A stretch of 57,410 nt of DNA from NCBI GenBank assembly GCA_964490795.1, contig CAZBDY010000004.1, positions 1-57,410 of the forward strand, read 5' to 3'. The stretch is from Candidatus Woesearchaeota archaeon (GTDB lineage Archaea; Nanobdellota; Nanobdellia; Pacearchaeales; GW2011-AR1). This document shows positions 19,007 to 26,645 of the stretch, one piece after another; position 1 is the first letter of the stretch, and each line of letters begins with the position of its first letter. Below the pieces are notes generated by a model that did no database searches, was not told the origin of the DNA, and was given only the letters and a program-made list of their open reading frames with translations. Position numbers and translations under genes: made by a program.

Positions 19007-19971
19007 ATCTTTTAAAATTTCTTCCTAAAAAATTAAGAGAAAATTATGTTGATAATCTTAGAAATGCAGGTATAAAGACAAATGCAAATAAGTTTGTTTC
19101 AAAGTCTCTAATTATTGGGGCAGTTCTTGCAGTAGTTGTAAGCAGTATTTTATATTTTTTTAAAATCACTCCTCTTTTATCTCTTATTTTTGTTTTTTTT
19201 ATTAGCATAATAGGGATTTATTTTTGGGTGTCCCTAAAAGCTATGAAAAGAATAAAAAAAATGGAAGATGTTTTTCCTGATTTTATTCAGTTGATGTCTT
19301 CAAATTTAAGAGCTGGAATGACTGTTGATAAGGCATTTTTATCTTCAGCACGTCCTGAATTATCTCCTTTAGATGAAGAAATTTTAAAAACAGGGAGAGA
19401 GATTGCTACTGGGCAGGACATAGGTAGTGCTTTTAAAAATCTGTCTGATAGAATTAATTCTGAAAAAATAACAAAAGTGATTACTTTAATTATTTCTGGA
19501 TTAAAAGCAGGAGGAAATATTTCTATTTTATTAGAAACAACAGCTTCAAATATGAGGGAAAGAGAGTTTTTAGAAAAAAGAGCAGCTTCAAATATTTTGA
19601 TGTATGTTATATTCATTTTTATTGCAGTTGGTTTTGGTGCACCGATTTTATTTGGATTGTCATCTATTTTAGTTGAAATTATCATAAAATTAGTTGGGAA
19701 TCTTCCAGTAGTTGAATCTGCAAAAATGGAACTCCCATTTACTTTTTCAGCAATAGACATAACTCCAAGATTTATCATTTATTTTTCATTGATATTCTTA
19801 CTTATTACTGATTTTATCTCAAGTTTGGTTATTGGATTGGTAAATAAAGGTGATGAGAAATATGGTTTTAGGTATGTTGTTCCTTTAATTGCTATATCTT
19901 ATACAACTTTCTTTTTAATAAGAATATTTTTATCTGGATTTATTTTTGAGGCTTTTTCTAGTATTAGTTAG
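19003..19971 (+). CDS. T2SS-F / FlaJ / TadC-like polytopic platform protein (half 2)
   Basis: Same architecture as the previous gene ('FPDFIQLMSSNLRAGMT' type T2SS-F helix). 4-nt overlap. Confidence 0.7.
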   Translation: MNLLKFLPKKLRENYVDNLRNAGIKTNANKFVSKSLIIGAVLAVVVSSILYFFKITPLLSLIFVFFISIIGIYFWVSLKAMKRIKKMEDVFPDFIQLMSSNLRAGMTVDKAFLSSARPELSPLDEEILKTGREIATGQDIGSAFKNLSDRINSEKITKVITLIISGLKAGGNISILLETTASNMREREFLEKRAASNILMYVIFIFIAVGFGAPILFGLSSILVEIIIKLVGNLPVVESAKMELPFTFSAIDITPRFIIYFSLIFLLITDFISSLVIGLVNKGDEKYGFRYVVPLIAISYTTFFLIRIFLSGFIFEAFSSIS

Positions 19972-20000
19972 ATTTAATTTCTATAGTTCAGTTAGTAAGA

Positions 20001-20008
20001 TTTATAAG
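20001..20008 (+). promoter_or_regulatory. BRE/TATA-like promoter element (aagaTTTATAAG), 29 nt upstream of the KaiC-like ATG
   Basis: Same extended motif upstream of other genes: 7009-7016, 15941-15948, 31766-31773, 35437-35444, 42595-42602, 56864-56871. Confidence 0.45.
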
Positions 20009-20029
20009 CTAGAATTAATTTAAAAAAAT

Positions 20030-20746
20030 ATGACTCAAGATTCAGAAAAAAAAGAAAAAGCAGTTAAAAAAGAAGATACAGAAAAAAGATTAGGAACAGG
20101 AATTAATGGTTTTGACAAGTTGATTGAAGGAGGTTTTGAAACTAGTTCTGTAAATATGATTGTAGGAGATTCTGGAAGTGGGAAAACCATTTTCACTTTA
20201 CAATTTTTATTAGAAGGACTAAAAAAAGGTGAAAAATGTTTATTTATTACTTTTGAAGAAAAGAAAAAAGAATTTTATAAAAATATGAAAGAGTTTGGGT
20301 GGGATTTAAAAAAATATGAAAAACAAGGATTATTTTATTTTTTAGAATATAGTCCTGAAAAAGTGAGGAGTATGATTGAAGAAGGGGGTGGAGAAATTGA
20401 GAGTTTAGTTATTAGAAATAAGATTACTAGAATGGTAATTGATTCATTTACATCTTTTGCATTGTTATTTGAAGATGAACTTGAAAAAAGAGAAGCTGCC
20501 TTGTCTTTATTTGATATTATTAGAAGATGGAATATGACTTCATTATTAACCTTACAAGAAAATCCTGGAAAAAGAGGGGAAAGTTCTACTTTAGAATTTG
20601 AAGTTGACTCTATTGTTTTATTATACTTTATTAGAAAGAAAAATAAAAGACAAAGGCAGATTGAGGTTTTGAAAATGAGGGGCACTAATCATTCTACTGA
20701 ACTTCATGATTTAGAATTTACTAATTCTGGTTTAAAAGTTAGTTAA
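20030..20746 (+). CDS. Single-domain KaiC/RecA-superfamily ATPase (FlaH/ArlH-like)
   Basis: 'GINGFDKLIEGG', Walker A 'GDSGSGKT', Walker B 'RMVIDS', 'LKMRGTNH'. Confidence 0.75.
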   Translation: MTQDSEKKEKAVKKEDTEKRLGTGINGFDKLIEGGFETSSVNMIVGDSGSGKTIFTLQFLLEGLKKGEKCLFITFEEKKKEFYKNMKEFGWDLKKYEKQGLFYFLEYSPEKVRSMIEEGGGEIESLVIRNKITRMVIDSFTSFALLFEDELEKREAALSLFDIIRRWNMTSLLTLQENPGKRGESSTLEFEVDSIVLLYFIRKKNKRQRQIEVLKMRGTNHSTELHDLEFTNSGLKVS

Positions 20747-21658
20747 TTAAAAAGGTATGTCAGATAAGTCATTTTCAAATAAAACTTTTTCATGTGATAA
20801 ATCCAATCTTCCAACTTTGTCTTCTAAAACCTCTTTTGCTTTTTCAATTTCTTCATTTTCATTTTCTCTGAAAAACTCTGTCCAAACAGCATGATTTTTA
20901 TGAACAACTAATAAGATAGGAAAGGGTTTTATTTCCTTATTATTAATTCTCATTCCTTTTGGCAGTTGTCTTTTATGTATGAGATAATCTTCTGGATTTA
21001 CAGAAAAATACTCTAAAGTATTTTCTGGCTCTGACATAAATTGAAAAATTTGTTTAGGTCTTAATCTTGACATTGGATCTTGTTCTATAATTTCTCCTTG
21101 TTCTCTTCTTACCCATGTCGAGGTATAATCTTTTTTTCTGTAAATTGCCAGAATTACACTAAATGGAAGAGATAATAAGCAATCAGTATTTTGTGATAAT
21201 TCTGAAAATATTAATTTATGTTTTCCACCTGTTCTTTTTGAAATCCCCTTATTATTATGAAGAAATATAGAATATCTTATTCTTGGAGATTTATATAACC
21301 CATTTCCATTTTGTAATAAGAGATATTTTGATGTTTGGTATTCTGAAAGTTTACAATCACCATTCCTACAAACTGCCTTTGATTCAAAATGAATTCTTTC
21401 ATCATGTTTTGTTGTATCTGGTTCACAAACAAGAAAAGCCCCTTCTTCAAATTGTTCTCTTGAATGATGTTCTCCTCCAAAAATCGCTGTATTAAGATGT
21501 TCATAAAAATCTCCTATAATATATCTTGTCCTTCTATCTTTTTTATCCTCTCCAAATAACCTTTGCTGTACTGGAAAAACTATCTGAGCATTTGCTATTG
21601 GTGCTGGAATTTTATAGCCCTGTAAAGAAGAAAAATCATATCTGGTTTTTTTAGACAT
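20747..21658 (-). CDS. Hypothetical protein with N-terminal RecB-like PD-(D/E)xK nuclease motifs
   Basis: 'LVCEPD' followed 12 aa later by 'FESKAV', then 'YQTSKY' (QxxxY). I start it at Met35 (ATG 21658), which has a TATA-like 'tttttatataaata' about 35 nt upstream. The track ORF extends to 21760. Confidence 0.5.
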   Translation of the reverse strand: MSKKTRYDFSSLQGYKIPAPIANAQIVFPVQQRLFGEDKKDRRTRYIIGDFYEHLNTAIFGGEHHSREQFEEGAFLVCEPDTTKHDERIHFESKAVCRNGDCKLSEYQTSKYLLLQNGNGLYKSPRIRYSIFLHNNKGISKRTGGKHKLIFSELSQNTDCLLSLPFSVILAIYRKKDYTSTWVRREQGEIIEQDPMSRLRPKQIFQFMSEPENTLEYFSVNPEDYLIHKRQLPKGMRINNKEIKPFPILLVVHKNHAVWTEFFRENENEEIEKAKEVLEDKVGRLDLSHEKVLFENDLSDIPF

Positions 21659-21735
21659 TTTAGGAAATCTTGATGATTGTTTATTAATATTTATATAAAA
21701 AACTATATAGAAAACTTTATAAATAGTACTTATTA

Positions 21736-21957
21736 ATGAGTAGTTACAAAATAAAGACAAGAAAAATGCAGTTTATAAATGTGATAGATGAACAAGGAAG
21801 GTTTGTCAAGTTAAAAACATATCCTGAATATAAATCAGAACAAGTAGATAGCTATACTTATAGTTATGTTTTTGCAAGAGAACAATTTAGAGAAGATGGA
21901 GAGAAAATGGGTTTAGAAAAAGAAATAGAGAGAAAAGAAAATGAGAGAAAAATATAA
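21736..21957 (+). CDS. Hypothetical small protein upstream of and overlapping the lysozyme gene
   Basis: ORF only; overlaps the next start by 17 nt. Confidence 0.35.
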   Translation: MSSYKIKTRKMQFINVIDEQGRFVKLKTYPEYKSEQVDSYTYSYVFAREQFREDGEKMGLEKEIERKENERKI

Positions 21958-22582
21958 AAATAGTTGGTTAAGAAGTGCAGTTTATGCTACTGATATAGCT
22001 TTAGCTGGAATATTAGGATTAATGGCTATAGATAATAATTCTGGTTTAGAAAATAAAGTGGCTGATAATTTATCTCCTAAAACAAAACAAGTTAGAAGAT
22101 TAAAAGTTGAAGATGAAATTCCTGAATTAAAAGAAGCAAAAGAAGATGAAAATTATGAGATATCTAATCAAGGTTTAGAATTAATTAAACAAAATGAAGG
22201 ATTTTCATCTGAGATTTATCTTTGTCCTGCTGGAAAATCAACTATTGGATATGGGCATGTTGTTCATTCTGGAGAAAATTATGAAAATATAACCAAACAA
22301 GAAGCAGAGAATTTATTAAAAAAAGATTTATTTTCAAGAGAGAAAACTGTTAGACAAAATGTAAATGTCGATTTAACTCAAAACCAGTATGATGCTTTAT
22401 GTAGTTTTGTTTATAATATTGGTGAAGAGGCATTTAGAAATAGCACTTTACTTGAAAAGTTAAATTCTGGAGATTATAAAAGTGCTTCAGATGAATTTGA
22501 CAGATGGGTTTATGGGGATGGTAAAAAATTAAGAGGTTTAGAAAACAGAAGACAGGCAGAATCAGAGTTATTTAATAAATAA
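21941..22582 (+). CDS. Membrane-anchored GH24 (phage T4/P21-type) lysozyme
   Basis: 'NEGFSSEIYLCPAGKSTIGYGH' gives the E-x8-C-x5-T catalytic pattern. Also 'NQYDALCSFVYNIG' and 'RWVYGDGKKLRGLENRRQAESELF'. N-terminal Ala/Gly-rich TM 'AVYATDIALAGILGLMAI'. Confidence 0.85.
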   Translation: MREKYKNSWLRSAVYATDIALAGILGLMAIDNNSGLENKVADNLSPKTKQVRRLKVEDEIPELKEAKEDENYEISNQGLELIKQNEGFSSEIYLCPAGKSTIGYGHVVHSGENYENITKQEAENLLKKDLFSREKTVRQNVNVDLTQNQYDALCSFVYNIGEEAFRNSTLLEKLNSGDYKSASDEFDRWVYGDGKKLRGLENRRQAESELFNK

Positions 22583-23687
22583 ACTTATCAACTAATTTCC
22601 TAGCTTTTTTTCTATTTTCCTGATGCTCTTTCAAGAACTTGTTGATTTTTTCAATTAAAATTTCTTTTAATTCTCCTGTAGATAATTTTCCTGATTTATA
22701 ATCATCATGAATTTTTTTTAACTTAGAATCATTAGGTTCAAAAAACATTTTCAAATACTGGTATGAAACATCTATATCTGGGTTGCCTCCTAATTTCCTA
22801 TGTTTTTCAATTGTATCTTGTCCTCCTGAAAATGCATATTTTTTTATTTTTTCTGAAACTTGTTTAGGTGTGTCTGTTGTTAATATTGCTTTTTTAGATT
22901 CAGAAGAAGACATTTTTCCTTCTGGACCTGTTAGAGAAGGAAGAAAAACGCCATGAATAATTGAAGGTTTATAATAACCCAATTTTGGGTAAACATCTCT
23001 TGCAACTCTAAAGTGTGGATCTTGGTCAACAGCGAGAGGAATTAAACAAGGAATATTTTTTCCTTTTAATACTGAAGGAATAACAGCTGGAGCAGCCTGC
23101 ATAGAAGTATAAAATATCTCTCCTATATTCCTATTATTATCAAATCCAAATGCAGCTTTAACTGTTGAAAATGTAATTTTTTTAGCAAATTTTATTGCTT
23201 CAGGATATAATAAAGAAGCATGTTTAGTATCAATTAAAAATTTTGTTTTTTTAGGATTAAATCCAAGAGCAATAATATCTAACATATTTTCTTTAGTCCA
23301 GTTTTGAATTTCTTCATAAGATTTATTTTTAAATAAAAACTTCTCATCATCAGTAAATTGAAACCATAAATCTACATTAAATTTATCTTGTAGCCATTTT
23401 GTAAAAGTCCATGTTCCTAAATGTCCCAAGTGAATAGGGCCAGAAGGTCCGCATCCAGTATAAAGAAAAAATTTATTTCCTTTTTCATATTCATCTAATA
23501 ACCAGTTTAAATCTCTATGAGCAAAAAAAACCTCTCTTCTTAACATAGGATGCAACTTTTTAGTATGTTTTTTTATTTTGTTAAGAAGTTTTGAATCAAT
23601 TTTAGAAACACCAAATTCAGTTATAAGACTATCATAATCTACTTTTCCAGAAACTTCCCATGGAGTAACTTTAAACTCTTTTTTCAT
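22572..23687 (-). CDS. trpS: Tryptophanyl-tRNA synthetase (archaeal/eukaryotic type)
   Basis: 'YTGCGPSGPIHLGHL' and 'FTKWLQDKFNV...QFTDDEKFLF', as in eukaryote/archaeal TrpRS. KMSKS variant 'KMSSS'. Confidence 0.85.
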   Translation of the reverse strand: MKKEFKVTPWEVSGKVDYDSLITEFGVSKIDSKLLNKIKKHTKKLHPMLRREVFFAHRDLNWLLDEYEKGNKFFLYTGCGPSGPIHLGHLGTWTFTKWLQDKFNVDLWFQFTDDEKFLFKNKSYEEIQNWTKENMLDIIALGFNPKKTKFLIDTKHASLLYPEAIKFAKKITFSTVKAAFGFDNNRNIGEIFYTSMQAAPAVIPSVLKGKNIPCLIPLAVDQDPHFRVARDVYPKLGYYKPSIIHGVFLPSLTGPEGKMSSSESKKAILTTDTPKQVSEKIKKYAFSGGQDTIEKHRKLGGNPDIDVSYQYLKMFFEPNDSKLKKIHDDYKSGKLSTGELKEILIEKINKFLKEHQENRKKARKLVDKFIY

Positions 23688-23807
23688 ACCAAATTTAGCT
23701 TTTTGAGATTTATAAAAGTTATGAATTAAAAAACAAGAGGAGTGAAAATCAGAGAAAACATTTAAAAATAGTAGTTGCTTTGAAAATATAATAAAAGATT
23801 AATAAAA

Positions 23808-25880
23808 ATGAGGGCAAAAATATTATCTAAGCTGATTTTAGGAATAGTTTTAGTATCTTTGGTTTCTTCACTAGTATTAGGAGAAATAATTTTGACTCCC
23901 CAGCCAGAAGCAGTTTATAATTTAGGAGATAGAATTTCTATTAATGTAAATGTGACAAGTGAAAATGAAGGAAGTTTAAAATTATATCTGGTTTGTGAAG
24001 ATGCAGAAGTTAATTTATTAAATTATCCTGGAAAACAAATTAGTATTGATTTTGATATTCAAGAAAGAGCATTTGAGGAGGAAGATTATTTAACAGGAAA
24101 TTTTTCTGATTTAAAGGGATTATGTGAAATTAAAGGAAGTTATGCAGGTGAAAATGAAACAACCCAGGAATTTGAGATTACTGATAAAATATTTTTAACT
24201 ATTAATGCTAATAAAATTAAAGCTGAGGTAGGAGAAGATATTTTAATAAAAGGAGAAGCAATTAAGAAAAATAGTGAAAAAGCAGAAGGTTATCTTGAAA
24301 TAAGTTCAGAGAGTAAGAAAATAAAAATTCCAAAAGTTGTTGTTGAAAATGGAACTTTTGAAACAATCTTTTCTTTTCCTGAGAATATAGAATCAGGAGA
24401 GTATTATTTTAATGCTACAGTTTACGAGAAAGAAGAAGAGGTTTTAGGGAGAATAACTAACAAAGGAAAAGGCAATTTCAGTATTTTTGTAAAACAAACA
24501 CCAACTAGCATAGGCATATTAGCTGATAAAGTCAACATAACTCCTGGAGCTAATTTTTCATTTTCGCCAGTTATTTATGATCAGGCAGAAAATAAAATAG
24601 AAGGAAAAATAGCCTTAACTATTTATGATATTAACAATAATAAGATTTATGAAAAAATTTCTGGTTCTGAGGAAGAAGAAACTTTTTATGTTCCTAAAAA
24701 TACAACACCAGGATATTGGAATATAAGGGCAGAAGCTTTAGGGCTAAGTAAAGAAAAAATAATTCAAATTGAAGAGTTAGAACAGGTAGATTTTGAAATT
24801 ATTAATGAGACATTAATCATGCTTAATACAGGAAATGTTGTTTACAGAAAGCCTATTCAAATTTTTATTGGAAATCATACTGAAATTAAGAGTGTAGATT
24901 TAGGGGTAGGAGAAGAAATTTCTTTACAATTATCTGCCCCACAAGGAGAGTATAATGTTAGTGTTAGTGATGGAGAAAATGAGTTAACAAGAGAGAATGT
25001 TGTTTTAACTGGAAAATCTATTGGGGTTGGAAGTGGAGGAGGATTTTCTTTATTTTCAAGATATCCCATAATGTGGCTGTTTTTAATTGCAGTATTTGGA
25101 GTTTTTATTATGGTGATGGTTCAGAGAATTAAAAAGAAAAAGCAGTATTCTTTTCCTGTTAAAGAAAAAAATATAAAAACAAAAAATAAGGAAAAACCAA
25201 TTAAAGAACAGGCAAGACAAGATGAAGAAAAACAAGACAATAAAGATAGCAATAAAGGAGTAGAAGTAGTAGGTAAAAAAAGAATTCCTGAAAAAGCAGA
25301 ACACTCTGTTGTTTCTCAGGGAAGAAAAGAAGATGTAGGAATACTTTCTATTAAAATATCTGATTTAGGAAAATTAGAAAAAAATCCTACTATAAGAAAA
25401 TTAGAAGAGATGATCATAGATAATAAAGGAGCAGTATATAAAACACCAGAATATGTTTTTGGTTTATTTTCTTCAGTTACAACTAAGACATTTAAGAATG
25501 ATATGAATGCAATTAAGACTGGAAGAGAAATTCAAAGACTATTAGATGAACATAACCAAAAGTTTAGTGATAAAATTGGTTATGGAATTGGTGTGAATTC
25601 TGGAGCAGTTATACTGAAAAAAGAGCCAGATGTATTAAAGTTCACTGGGTTAGGAAATTCCTTAGGGATAAGTAAAAAAATTGCCAGGTTAGCTAATAAT
25701 GAGTTGCTGTTATCTGGGAACATTCATAAAAAAGTTATTTCAGAAGTTAAAACAGAAAAACAGGAAAGAGAAGGAACAGAGATTCATCAAATTAAGAGGA
25801 TTGCGGAGCGAGATAAATATAAGGGATTTATACAGGGATTTTTGAATAGACAGAGGCAAGAAAAGCAGAATAAAAAATAA
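23808..25880 (+). CDS. Single-pass membrane protein: extracellular Ig-like repeats + cytoplasmic degenerate class III nucleotidyl-cyclase-like domain
   Basis: Signal/TM at the N-terminus, sequon-rich ectodomain, TM 'IMWLFLIAVFGVFIMVMV'. The C-terminus follows the cyclase-homology layout ('ILSIKISDLGKL', 'YVFGLF', 'IGYGIGVNSGAVIL', 'FTGLGNSLGISKKIARLA'). Confidence 0.5.
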   Translation: MRAKILSKLILGIVLVSLVSSLVLGEIILTPQPEAVYNLGDRISINVNVTSENEGSLKLYLVCEDAEVNLLNYPGKQISIDFDIQERAFEEEDYLTGNFSDLKGLCEIKGSYAGENETTQEFEITDKIFLTINANKIKAEVGEDILIKGEAIKKNSEKAEGYLEISSESKKIKIPKVVVENGTFETIFSFPENIESGEYYFNATVYEKEEEVLGRITNKGKGNFSIFVKQTPTSIGILADKVNITPGANFSFSPVIYDQAENKIEGKIALTIYDINNNKIYEKISGSEEEETFYVPKNTTPGYWNIRAEALGLSKEKIIQIEELEQVDFEIINETLIMLNTGNVVYRKPIQIFIGNHTEIKSVDLGVGEEISLQLSAPQGEYNVSVSDGENELTRENVVLTGKSIGVGSGGGFSLFSRYPIMWLFLIAVFGVFIMVMVQRIKKKKQYSFPVKEKNIKTKNKEKPIKEQARQDEEKQDNKDSNKGVEVVGKKRIPEKAEHSVVSQGRKEDVGILSIKISDLGKLEKNPTIRKLEEMIIDNKGAVYKTPEYVFGLFSSVTTKTFKNDMNAIKTGREIQRLLDEHNQKFSDKIGYGIGVNSGAVILKKEPDVLKFTGLGNSLGISKKIARLANNELLLSGNIHKKVISEVKTEKQEREGTEIHQIKRIAERDKYKGFIQGFLNRQRQEKQNKK

Positions 25881-25991
25881 ATCTGCTAGGCATAGTAAAA
25901 TTCTAATAAAAGTTGTATAAATTAATTAAAATTTTTAAATTAAAACAGAATTTAACGTAATATTTAATAACACTCTTTATATCTTGTAACT

Positions 25992-26645
25992 ATGAAAAAT
26001 ACCAGAAAAAATAAAATAAAAGAGGGAAATCCAAAACTAGTTATTTTTGATTTTGATGGGACAATAGTAGATTCTAAAACTATTTATTATAACTCAATTA
26101 ATGAAAACTTGAAAAAGTTCGGGATTTCTAAAAAAGAAGTTGATAAGATTATTGATATGGGATTAAGTTTAAGAAAAATTTTAGGCAAACTTGGATTTTC
26201 TTATATTTCAAGGTGGATTATAAAAAAAAGGATTTTAAAACAGGCTTTAAAACATTGTGATGAAATTAAAAAATGTAAGGATGTTTCTGAGATTAGCAAT
26301 ATTTCAGGAAAAAAAATTCTGGTTTCTAATTCATTAAAGGAATTTATTCTTCCTGTTGTAAAACATTTAAAATTAAGGAAATATTTTAAAGAAATTCATG
26401 GGGCTAATGAATTTGATGATAAATATGAATTTATTTGCGAGTATTTAAAGAAAAATAAAATTAATAATAAAGATTGTTATTATATTGGGGACAGAGTTTC
26501 TGATATTGAAGTAGCAAGAGAAGTTAAATGCAAGAGTATTATTGTTTCTGGAAGATGTTCCTGGGATTCAAGAAAGGAAATTTTATCTTCTTCACCTGAT
26601 TATGTTGTTTCTAATTTATCTGATGTTTCTAAGATTATTAATTAA
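25992..26645 (+). CDS. HAD-superfamily hydrolase
   Basis: Motif I 'VIFDFDGTIVDS'; motif IV-like 'YIGDRVSDI'. Confidence 0.75.
   Translation: MKNTRKNKIKEGNPKLVIFDFDGTIVDSKTIYYNSINENLKKFGISKKEVDKIIDMGLSLRKILGKLGFSYISRWIIKKRILKQALKHCDEIKKCKDVSEISNISGKKILVSNSLKEFILPVVKHLKLRKYFKEIHGANEFDDKYEFICEYLKKNKINNKDCYYIGDRVSDIEVAREVKCKSIIVSGRCSWDSRKEILSSSPDYVVSNLSDVSKIIN

Noticed and set aside
20747-22582. Idea that the nuclease-fold gene + small ORF + lysozyme form a prophage or integrated element.
   Set aside because: I saw no integrase, capsid, terminase, flanking direct repeats or tRNA-adjacent attachment site. By eye the composition matches the neighbours. At most this is an old remnant, so I do not call it a mobile element.
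24875-25304. Track ORFs 24875-25069 and 25083-25304. Further shadow ORFs: 27383-27649, 28885-29145, 29648-29938, 29982-30203, 30294-30479, 31953-32171, 31985-32167, 32635-32985, 33186-33411, 33534-33789 and 34063-34302.
   Set aside because: Antisense shadows of confidently identified genes (receptor-like protein, PP-loop, trxB, htpX, truD, HTH, nifS, DUF1858). No motifs and implausible composition.
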